Of a stretch of 64,000 bases of DNA, positions 30,501-36,914 are shown piece by piece. Source of the stretch: Candidatus Iainarchaeum sp. (GTDB lineage Archaea; Iainarchaeota; Iainarchaeia; Iainarchaeales; CSSED10-239). The stretch covers positions 136,163 through 200,162 of the forward strand of contig JBBISB010000001.1 of assembly GCA_037441475.1 (NCBI GenBank), written 5' to 3'. Position numbers and translations under genes: made by a program. The stretch's first letter is position 1. Each line of letters starts with the position of its first letter. The notes below the pieces were generated by a model. That model had not been told where the DNA came from, did not search any database, and was given only the letters and a program-made list of their open reading frames with translations.

Positions 30501-32605
30501 GTCCCATATTTAAAGTTAGTTATGTCCATTGCAGAGAAACCAGTAATACCGTAACTCATTAGTTCTGAATCTGTTTGAGTATCATCACCAGCTCTGATAT
30601 GCACTTCTCCTTTATATGTTTTTTCAGGGAAAAGAACATCAAAAACTAAATAGTATTCTTTGTCTGTTGTTAAGTAGTTTGTTTTAATACCTTTAGAGTC
30701 AACCACACCTGCAAACTCAATTACAGGGTAATCAGAGTAGTTAACTTGTTTGTTTAAATCAAGTCTTAAGTAACCACCATTATCTGCTTGGTCTGCTGAA
30801 AAGTTAATAACAGATTTATTTCCATTCTCGTCTGTATATTCAGCAATTAAGTCCTTGTAACCTTCTGTGTTAAATATTATTTCTTCACCTAAAGAAATAT
30901 TTCCATCAAAAAGAACAGTTCCATCTTTTGTTCTTATTAAAAGATTTCCTGAAGTTATTTTCATTCCGTTTTCATCATAAAAATCAAGTTTTATCATTTT
31001 TGAAGCATTATCAACAACAAAGATGATTTTATTTTCTCTTAAAGGATTTATTTTTATATTTTCAAAAACTTCTGTTTCTCCAACCATGGCATAAACCCTG
31101 TAGTCCTTGTTTACTCTTAAAGGTAAAGCAAAAGAACCTGTTATGTCTGTTTGAAGAGAGGTGTTGTAAGGAACTTCTACTTCTGTTTCTGGATTGAAGT
31201 TTATAAGTTCATAGATTTTTAAAAAAGCTTTTGTTACTGGAAGATTTTTTTCATCAACAACAAAGATATTAAGTATTGCACTATTTGAAACATCTATTCT
31301 TTCTAAGATAAACTCAGCTTTTGTTGTTTGTCGTAAATCTACTGTTTGATTTTCACAAAAATAATCTACTTTACATGCTGTTATTAAGATTGGTTTTTCA
31401 GAGGTTATTCCTTTAAAGCTTATTTGACCTAAAGCATCTGTTTTTCCAGAATCAATAACTGTGTTATCTTTATTATATAATGTTATTAAAACATCCTCTA
31501 AAGAAAAGAAATTTGTTTTTGATTTAGTTGAAATATCAATAAAGTTTCCACCAAGCTCTAAGACAACAATAAATGTTTCTTCAGAGTTGATTATTCTTAA
31601 GGAAATGTTTTCATCACTTATAGCTGTTCTGTAACCTTCCTTTTTAACCCTGTAAGAGATTGTTTCTCCAGTGTCTATGTATGCTAAGGCCTTACCATCT
31701 ATTGTTTTTTGATTTGCAACCTCTTCTCCACCTAAATTAAAGATTAAAACTTCTGCATTATCAATTACTTTTTGAGAAGTGTCTAAGACAACAAAGGTAA
31801 CTATGCTTTTTCCTTCAAAGGAAAGTGAAGAGATATCCATCTCAATAACTTTCTCTTGTTCTTTTGAAGTTATTCTATAGTTTGTTTCTCTATAGTCTTC
31901 ATAACCATCTGCCTTTATTAAAATTTCTAAATCTTTGTTTAAAGGTACTTCTAAGGTTATAAAATGATTTTGATATTGATTTACAATTCCTTCTTTACTT
32001 TCTTGTCTATTGTTAATAGAGAAGTTAACTTTTGCAGAGCCTGCAGGAATTGTTTTTCTATTTTCTCTATCTATTAGTTTAATTTTTAAAACTCCATACT
32101 CTATTGATTCTGTAAAAACAATTGAGATGTTTTGTTTCTTCTCTGTAATGGTTATAACTTTTGTAAAGTCAGGGTGTCCTGCTTTTGTTGAATAAAAGGT
32201 ATATGATTCTCCTAACTTAAGTTTTATTTTTTTAGAAAAACCATTTTCAATAGTTCCTTTAAAAACATCTTTATCTTTGCTTGATATTTTTAAGTAAACA
32301 TCAGATAATGAGTTTCCTTGATAATCAGTAACTGAAAAAGTCAAGGTTGATTGGTTTGAGAAAGAAAAGAAAATTAAAAAGATTATTATGAAAAGTAATA
32401 ATAGTAAAATAGATGCAACAATTGCAAAGGCAGGTAAACCTTTTTCTTCTAAGTAATTATTAAAATCGTTTAGAGGGATTCCTTTTTCTGAAAGCCAGTT
32501 TGAGGTGCTTGCATATTTATCTTCAAGATAATTATAGACCCTTGAGAAAATATTTTGTGAACTGCTTTCTTCTGATGACGCCATATTTTTCTTTTCTTTA
32601 ACCAT
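24515..32605 (-). CDS. Giant membrane-anchored surface protein (2696 aa) and first gene of the cluster. The C-terminal ~600 aa combine glycine-zipper-like hydrophobic segments with a coiled coil.
   Basis: N-terminus ..FSRVYNYLEDKYASTSNWLSEKGIPLNDFNNYLEEKGLPAFAIVASILLLLLFIIIFLIFF (conserved motif plus TM). Ectodomain of carboxypeptidase-regulatory-like beta repeats and Y/N-rich stretches. C-terminal region has CSATCAGCYGLSAVLMPVSIAGIGIDCLGFSCGLPALQIFASALTGGEGGLGWLIDKFLGWLF, a heptad-like stretch IKEADDSIKVLERKITDLEKNN..LASLKTKLADAKAQKASLEAM, and WVRGAGGFLRGLGCGIAGNIVGINGL. Confidence 0.85.
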   Translation of the reverse strand: MVKEKKNMASSEESSSQNIFSRVYNYLEDKYASTSNWLSEKGIPLNDFNNYLEEKGLPAFAIVASILLLLLFIIIFLIFFSFSNQSTLTFSVTDYQGNSLSDVYLKISSKDKDVFKGTIENGFSKKIKLKLGESYTFYSTKAGHPDFTKVITITEKKQNISIVFTESIEYGVLKIKLIDRENRKTIPAGSAKVNFSINNRQESKEGIVNQYQNHFITLEVPLNKDLEILIKADGYEDYRETNYRITSKEQEKVIEMDISSLSFEGKSIVTFVVLDTSQKVIDNAEVLIFNLGGEEVANQKTIDGKALAYIDTGETISYRVKKEGYRTAISDENISLRIINSEETFIVVLELGGNFIDISTKSKTNFFSLEDVLITLYNKDNTVIDSGKTDALGQISFKGITSEKPILITACKVDYFCENQTVDLRQTTKAEFILERIDVSNSAILNIFVVDEKNLPVTKAFLKIYELINFNPETEVEVPYNTSLQTDITGSFALPLRVNKDYRVYAMVGETEVFENIKINPLRENKIIFVVDNASKMIKLDFYDENGMKITSGNLLIRTKDGTVLFDGNISLGEEIIFNTEGYKDLIAEYTDENGNKSVINFSADQADNGGYLRLDLNKQVNYSDYPVIEFAGVVDSKGIKTNYLTTDKEYYLVFDVLFPEKTYKGEVHIRAGDDTQTDSELMSYGITGFSAMDITNFKYGTTYNSEPAPGMQGIDSLNEGSSQIINKWLELKWASDVPLGNKQIKVKVNAVDMSVTKLIFKYRALIEENKLYYRDPIDTTLKQNYSNNLKGALYAQTKEVSIDLFNVPLNCSGDVCVSYKIIDSKDNEFNIEDFYAIKGENYSLETSIYSLKNSQLNLLAETSKSFPLISFNLFTDTLNNQSTTYDSSNFEAVRDNLSINQNSLKKIYLTFISKEIGTAYIDLKGTDAILGSQVFNDRLSFNVFDKKEMKVIFTPDIFVSYGSKFNIEVIDSVSLKPIENAFISFYDDRGAFISSVKGEGSNGRNGNYTIENKFNVSSVNVLVESYGYVPYKKQIFIVDDSLLTLTPPEVLINLGLDQITSSSRFTLQNNGVYQATNIRFGEPVWVDGSDKIFIDIRGNPFINKNSSQNYEVVITVSKDILFETAFANVPIYATIGPREITKIVPIRINKGLLVSDCIEITPNAVNSFVGLNLKYTAPNVYNTPFTNYNYAGNTQRSNLLLAPSQTYSNYSDYLASQNYTQNYSSSRNTVNYTDPNYYTYYSSKVDSTTESTENTTFFIIKNNCSQAITFTPQSVLTSSASNNGLELSLAHVTVLPGEEKVYDVIIKNKSNLKQQRKFTYNILWHNSLYSVSPSTLNVDLLDLSKALWIMPTLIQVPISQLHPQQSAVNATRFMIKNIGTVPITDIQISQYPKMVSSNIGIKEYPREVSVLEPGASIPIDLQFTVNINKSTADNAFILVTGKAAGINNPITATTQIIFTISSPNCLKVSNKNLDYTLKVGEKRARNITLTNYCAEPVSVVGIDKKQDGYTETFGANPFRIIPTSGNNLIYPNQSATYSLELTASSLGGSPKMPMVIIGRLLNSGNPVTSEDFTVSINIKDVFEDQAKDNIVTINSSLPVCEDLKETTTLSRPLISIGACSEESGYCDAVSSTEYILKKVSELQNQIKQMSSQAQAKTMNTGCPLVDAARGYCKISELGGDVEPIEFTFYMQNDVVSTELVRAILSKSNYGFKNYFVETNPFNSAGNTSLGVYAGGNKVFVSNQLSGCGKYTIELDGFIAASPDYIYPERAYYFINVLKYEKTSHCDKKIMNYLNFLPWDLTLDKNNRQGTWLTLFTGDENISKDLIKGVGKFKTDQVDLRYVYNRDVLSTRNSTLNVSSGVISENKNALAKISFNDKQVYEKANPEQINVLLNSQYQTADGLTPDKVRREFVNVISSMITKNDYSAKVCVSKDQTYMLILDLVKAGDLAFTEKEVSLTLQETSSCTLMKIKSSMDETLKISSTQVPGGTIGFKKNKDDGVQEPLSLSVLQNQDNNFFMCVTPLTPSEMNTLVGQKATVTATSIYSSDGTIGNRSAIAEVTLASCAITPSEYLLEVYNNILLENNKKDEDKNLPLNITALVDWKKEYNAAEKEEMCSTLQKVMDSGKYNGDFFYNYEQLGCDLKDPEQKTTSKINKGLNNAGQYFLRCSATCAGCYGLSAVLMPVSIAGIGIDCLGFSCGLPALQIFASALTGGEGGLGWLIDKFLGWLFNEPELKFLGPLFGEVEEWFTGIVGSVMAGSFKAGSSAAATPLNLGEATISLGDDPFVSQTVTTTTPGTTPNLVRPRAPSEKAINFLDDYIKVISNNYLSSPQMVTVNNVQSAGIYFNQVPTSFTNTTGIADNVIEALMNNPDVISGSGANAKINYSKITSAQLDDLLQVVSRSQFPHSGVYPSGHLSQVDAVNSLTKNNGYLSKLQGYDRSVAAGAGPGTTTTSTVNVIDDASLNNLLDTIGDSKKGLIKEADDSIKVLERKITDLEKNNARSSFNPKKVKSDPNKITAVDRASRKASSDLASLKTKLADAKAQKASLEAMSIKISSLAPDGAGNYLVPDEVIDDFTKISGSKVPTASSKLKWVRGAGGFLRGLGCGIAGNIVGINGLRDKGMTGLNSSIEIKTPIVFEKNIFYITEVDYLAPESSQEYKSRYIVDVRPYNSQAPSIIALTDVLRVDKCIDPVKAN

Positions 32606-32660
32606 ATTTATTCTTTTTATATTTTTTTTATAAATATCAGATATATGATATTATATATAA
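32606..32660 (-). promoter_or_regulatory. Putative archaeal TATA/BRE promoter region for the giant-protein operon (leaderless or short leader)
   Basis: On the coding strand, TTTATATTTTTTTTATAAATAT elements lie 15-40 nt upstream of the ATG at 32605. The region is very AT-rich, so specificity is low. Confidence 0.2.
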
Positions 32661-32823
32661 TATATTGGTAAGATATATAAAGATTTGTATCTTTAGGTAA
32701 ATATATTATTTATAGAAATGTTTATATATTAATTTTTTCCCTATAAACAATTTATATGTTTTCTTTTAAAGAAGAAATTTTTAAAAAATATTTTAAAAAA
32801 TAATTAAAAAAAGAAGAAAACAA

Positions 32824-33159
32824 TTATTTAGAGTTTGAAACTCTAATAATTGCAACTATTGAAACAATTAATGCTGCTGGTGCTACAAAGTAAACAAGGT
32901 TTACTAAGATCCCTCTTAAGACATCTCCCACAACAGGAATTGCATTAATTGAGTTACTGGTTGCTATAAATGTTATTGAGGCTATTAAGAAAAGAGAGAT
33001 ATTTCTATCTTCAATGTTTAAAAGACCAATAACAAGACCTAATACTATTAAAACAGTTGAAAGCCATACAGGGTGACTTATACCATAGATAAGTCCAAAA
33101 ATAATTGAAAGTAAGATACCACCAAGGAAAGCAAAAGCTCCTATTTTTTCAAGTTTCAT
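32824..33159 (-). CDS. Small integral membrane protein (111 aa, 3-4 TM)
   Basis: Hydrophobic throughout (FAFLGGILLSIIFGLIYG.., VLIVLGLVIGLL.., AALIVSIVAIIRV). No recognisable family. Confidence 0.5.
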   Translation of the reverse strand: MKLEKIGAFAFLGGILLSIIFGLIYGISHPVWLSTVLIVLGLVIGLLNIEDRNISLFLIASITFIATSNSINAIPVVGDVLRGILVNLVYFVAPAALIVSIVAIIRVSNSK

Positions 33160-33307
33160 ATTTTATCTTTAACTCCATTTTTTGTAATTAAGTTATTTTC
33201 TTCTAATATCATAATTACATGTTACCTATATTATTTTTAATACAAAATATTTAAAAAGCCTGCATAAAAATGAAAATAAGGACTTTTAGGTAGAAAATAT
33301 TAAATAA

Positions 33308-33386
33308 GGGCAGAAAAGAAGAAGGGAGATTATTTATTAAAATCAACCTTTTCTTTTTTAAAATAAGTAGGCAGAAAAGAAGAAGG
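33308..33386. repeat. Direct repeat of AAATAAG..GGCAGAAAAGAAGAAGG (two copies 62 nt apart) in the intergenic region between the wHTH regulator and the surface cluster. The region also holds two AAAAAGGGG boxes at 33531-33566.
   Basis: Copy 1 at 33308-33324 (gggcagaaaagaagaagg) and copy 2 at 33370-33386 (ggcagaaaagaagaagg), both preceded by aaataag. These G-containing islands stand out in an otherwise A/T-only spacer. Confidence 0.4.
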
Positions 33387-33587
33387 TTAGAGATTAAACA
33401 TACTCTTTTACCTAACATTCTTTTTTATTAGTTTAGATTTGTTTTAAACAGACTTTTTTTGTTAAAAGGAAAAAATTACTTTTTAAAAATAAAAACAAAG
33501 AAGAAAGGTATAAAAGATGTAAAAAGGGGTTATTTACATTTTTTTAAAAAAGGGGATTTTTATTTAAAATGATTTTTTATAAAAAAA

Positions 33588-34049
33588 TCATCTAACAATA
33601 AAGTATACCTTTCTTCCTGCTTGAATCTTTTTTAAGTATCCTTCTTTTACAAGTCTATTTAATCTTTGAGAAGCTGCATTTGATCCCTTGTAATTAAACT
33701 CAGTCTGTACTTCTTCTGCATCAACCTTTTGCTTTGTTCTTATAAAAGAAATTATCTTATCATCAATCTCTGCTAAAATATTAATTGTATCTAAATTACT
33801 AGTATCTTCTGACTCTTTCTTTTGCTTAAATGCAAACTGAAGAGAATCATACTTTTCATAAAGATCTTTTAATATTGAGTTTGTCTTTTTTCTTTCTTCT
33901 AAAAGCTGATGTAGAATGACTGAGAGGATTAATGGATCATTAAACTTCTCCTGGATCTGAATAAGATCACTCAAACCCATTTCTTGAGAATCTTCTTTTA
34001 GTAACTGTTCTAAAAACAATTGCTTTGTGAGATTGTCATTTTTAGTCAT
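33588..34049 (-). CDS. Winged-helix DNA-binding transcriptional regulator (153 aa)
   Basis: C-terminal QTEFNYKGSNAASQRLNRLVKEGYLKKIQAGRKVYFIVR is a typical wHTH recognition helix plus wing, as in the TrmB/MarR/ArsR-like archaeal regulators. Positioned directly upstream of the surface cluster. Confidence 0.55.
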   Translation of the reverse strand: MTKNDNLTKQLFLEQLLKEDSQEMGLSDLIQIQEKFNDPLILSVILHQLLEERKKTNSILKDLYEKYDSLQFAFKQKKESEDTSNLDTINILAEIDDKIISFIRTKQKVDAEEVQTEFNYKGSNAASQRLNRLVKEGYLKKIQAGRKVYFIVR

Positions 34050-34403
34050 AATATATCATGATAATGTCACGAAAGTATTAAAAGAACTTCGGTTTCTAAA
34101 ACCTATAAGAAATAGTTTTTTTGGTTTGAAAATCAAACTTCTTTATGTAGTTTAACTTTTAAGCCTTAGTAAATAACATATTTTTCTTTAAAAGTAATGT
34201 TTTTCTTTAAAAGAAAATATAATGCTCTTAAACAAATATATCTTTCTTTAGGATAAAACAATTATCTTTCTTTAAAAAGATAATATATTATTTATGATAT
34301 AATATAGACCTTAGTATTTAAAAAGCTTTTTAGTTAAGAAAACAAAATAAAAAAAAGAAAAAGAAGAAAATCTTCTAAAAAAGAAGATTTATAATTTACT
34401 TAC

Positions 34404-35621
34404 CTATGTAGCACAATTAGGTGATGGAGGTGATGATACTGTAAATGTTTTTGAACTTGTGCCTGTTAATTCACCGAAAGGACTATTTTGTGGATATCTA
34501 ATTGTTACAATCCATGTATTTTGTCCTGTATTTAACATTGCAACTGAAACAATAGTTTCTATAATATTTCCATTTCCACTAAAAGAACCTTGATCTATTG
34601 TAGTACCATTTAAATTTATAGTATAGTTACAAGAACCAATACAATTATTACCAGTAACTCTAAGTATATAAGAACATTCTTCTAAAGTTTCAGTCATATT
34701 AGCTCCAACTTGAGGTTGACAACCAGTTGTAGGTACTTGATTAAAACCTAATCTTATTTTTTCTGCTGATAATCCTGTTGCAGATTGAGATAACTTATAT
34801 TTTACATCATAAGATAATTTATATAAATTATTTGAAGCAGCATTAAAAGTAAATGTTCTATTTCCTGAAATATTATTTACAGTTTGAGCATTAGAATCAC
34901 TACCCCCACTTCTAAAGATTGACCATTCTTCAAGACATGGTGAGCCTGAACAAGAAGTTCCTGTTACAGTATGGGTTACGCTTTGTATACATTGGTTAAA
35001 AGGAGATGCAAAATTTATTGTAGATCTTCGAGATTCAATATATCCACTAATCCCCATAGTTGAACTACAATCCATGGAATTTGACCATTCAAGTCTATTA
35101 TTTCTATAAATAATTGTAGCTCCATTTGCAGGACATTTATCTAAAGGATGAACTTCAAGTCTTGCATGATCAACTGATTTAACTGCAATTTTTTCTTTAG
35201 TAACTGCACCATCTGCTATCTTTGAATTTATTACTGCTGAATTTGCTATTTTAAAAGCTGTAACTGAATAATCTTTAATATTTTCTGTTAAAACACCATC
35301 TATTTGAATCTTTCTAGTATCAACAGATGCATCTGCAAGCTTTGAATTTGTTACTGCGTTGTCTGCAAGCTTTGAATAAGTTACAGCATTGTTTGCAATC
35401 TTACTTGAAGAAACTGCTAAAGCTCTTATTGAACTTTCATATACTGAATTTGGATTTGCAATATTTGAATAATCAGAAACAATTACCCCGTAATACGGAT
35501 TTGGTAATTTAATTGTTACTTCAAATATTTTATCTTGCCATAAATTATTATTTGGTGTTGCTGCAAAAATAAAGCCTGAAAATAATAATATTGATAATAT
35601 TATAAATATAAATTTTTTCAT
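34404..35621 (-). CDS. Secreted protein (405 aa) with tandem ~11-aa repeats resembling phage tail-fibre repeats, plus a Cys-rich C-terminal domain
   Basis: Signal peptide MKKFIFIILSILLFSGFIFA. Repeats IANNAVTYSKLADNAVTNSKLADASVDTRKIQIDGVLTENIKDYSVTAFKIANSAVINSKIADGAVTKEKIAVKSV (periodic [IL]A[DN]xAVTxSK). C-terminal region has >10 Cys. Confidence 0.6.
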   Translation of the reverse strand: MKKFIFIILSILLFSGFIFAATPNNNLWQDKIFEVTIKLPNPYYGVIVSDYSNIANPNSVYESSIRALAVSSSKIANNAVTYSKLADNAVTNSKLADASVDTRKIQIDGVLTENIKDYSVTAFKIANSAVINSKIADGAVTKEKIAVKSVDHARLEVHPLDKCPANGATIIYRNNRLEWSNSMDCSSTMGISGYIESRRSTINFASPFNQCIQSVTHTVTGTSCSGSPCLEEWSIFRSGGSDSNAQTVNNISGNRTFTFNAASNNLYKLSYDVKYKLSQSATGLSAEKIRLGFNQVPTTGCQPQVGANMTETLEECSYILRVTGNNCIGSCNYTINLNGTTIDQGSFSGNGNIIETIVSVAMLNTGQNTWIVTIRYPQNSPFGELTGTSSKTFTVSSPPSPNCAT

Positions 35622-35635
35622 ATCCTAAAACCCCC

Positions 35636-36058
35636 TTAATTACTTGCTCCACCTATTGATGTTACTACAGGACCTTCATTTATTATTACAACATTATTTG
35701 CTGCAGCACAATAAGATGAAGATGGATATTGTTTCAAAATTAATCTTAAATCAAAATTCTTAGAAGTATGCCCTACAATACTTGATGGAATTGGACCTAT
35801 GAAAATACCATTTGTAAGTTGTGTTTGCATTCCTTCATAATTATAACAACCTGATTTTCCAACAGCATAATTTTGTACAGCAGCTACTAAAAAATAAGAA
35901 TTATTGCCTGGATTTGTAAGATTTAAATCTCCTGTAACCTTATAGATTGTTGGAAGACTTCTTGTTGTTACATTAGCAGAAACATTAAAACTAATTAAAA
36001 TAACTAAAGCCAATGTTAAAAATATAAAACTTAATTTATTAAATTTCAATTTAATCAC
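35636..36058 (-). CDS. Small secreted protein (140 aa)
   Basis: Signal peptide MIKLKFNKLSFIFLTLALVILISFNVSA, 4 Cys, no recognisable family. Confidence 0.5.
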   Translation of the reverse strand: MIKLKFNKLSFIFLTLALVILISFNVSANVTTRSLPTIYKVTGDLNLTNPGNNSYFLVAAVQNYAVGKSGCYNYEGMQTQLTNGIFIGPIPSSIVGHTSKNFDLRLILKQYPSSSYCAAANNVVIINEGPVVTSIGGASN

Positions 36059-36129
36059 CCTTTTTTTTAAAAAAATAATAATAAAATATATTAAATATAA
36101 TGAGAGAATATCTTTATAAACCTTAACTT

Positions 36130-36911
36130 TTATCTGTTTTTATTATATTTATCCACAAAAGAAGAATAACTTTCAGGAGGTAAAACAAAAATAGGGTCTG
36201 AAAAGTATAATTTATATGGTTTTTTAGAAGTATCAATAAATACGTTATTTGGTTCAATATCCCACATATTATGCCCTTTATCTTTCATTTTATGTAAAAC
36301 CTCTTCTAATTTACCTTTTAATATCCTAAATTCTTTATCACTAATCATTTTATTTGCATGCGCAACATCGCAAGTAATTAAGTTTGTAAAATCAAGTAAA
36401 AGAAAGGTTTTTTCAGATTTTCCAAAAACATGACTTGCAAAATGAGGTTTAATAATATTTATACCATTACTTTCTAGAAGTTTAAGAGCTAAAAACTCAT
36501 TTACTCCCCCCCGATTATTTTTAATAAATGCACTAGAGGATACTTCTTTTAGAAAATATCTTTTAACTATCTCTTTACCATTAAATATTTTAATATCAAA
36601 ACCATTTGAAAGAGTATTTCCTCTTTTCTTTCCAATAATATCTTTAGAAGTTACAAAAGAGGTTATTCTTTTTATAAAATAATTTTCTCTTGAAATTTTA
36701 TTTATACCTTCTTGAGAAACAATTTTAAAAACGTCTTGTTGTAAACCTCTATTTTTTTTATAAGTTCTAAAAAAACATTATCATATACTATGAAGCTTGG
36801 AGAGTTAGTTTTTCTATTAATAGATTTAATATTATGTTCTTTTTTAAAACTTACAGATAAATCAAAAACAGATTTATTTGTTTTTTGAGAAGGATTTTTT
36901 TTAAAAACCAT
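36130..36911 (-). pseudogene. Protein-kinase-like (RIO/Bud32/Kdo-kinase-like fold) gene interrupted by a frameshift at an A8 homopolymer
   Basis: ORF 36702..36911 (MVFKKNPSQ...LIKKIEVYNKTFLKLFLKKV*) and the downstream open frame 36130..36777 (..KKNRGLQQDVFKIVSQEGINKISRENYFIKRITSFVTSKDIIGKKRGNTLSNGFDIKIFNGKEIVKRYFLKEV...LLLDFTNLITCDVAHANKMISDKEF..DKGHNMWDIEPNNVFIDTSKKPYKLYF..) would fuse with one extra A in the coding-strand A8 run (plus-strand T8 at 36752-36759). The downstream frame has no ATG until 36348. The WDIEPNNVFID segment matches the kinase catalytic-loop pattern xD[IL]xPxN[IV][LF][IV]D. A C7 run also lies at 36506-36512. Confidence 0.5.
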
Positions 36912-36914
36912 ATT

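Noticed and set aside
4705-32195. Numerous 60-170-aa plus-strand ORFs (e.g. 4705..4893, 10659..11003, 12636..12998, 27553..27831) lying inside the giant minus-strand genes
   Set aside because: Each is fully contained in a much longer, compositionally coherent minus-strand ORF and has no start context or conserved features. Treated as antisense-frame noise in AT-rich DNA.
30-32605. Possibility that the giant ORFs are eukaryotic or bacterial contamination, or an assembly artefact of repeats
   Set aside because: Same strand bias, AT content and codon style as the adjacent unmistakably archaeal genes. SD-like sites and tight spacing. Paralogs are diverged at the DNA level (not collapsed repeats). 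Contig continuity cannot be proven without reads.
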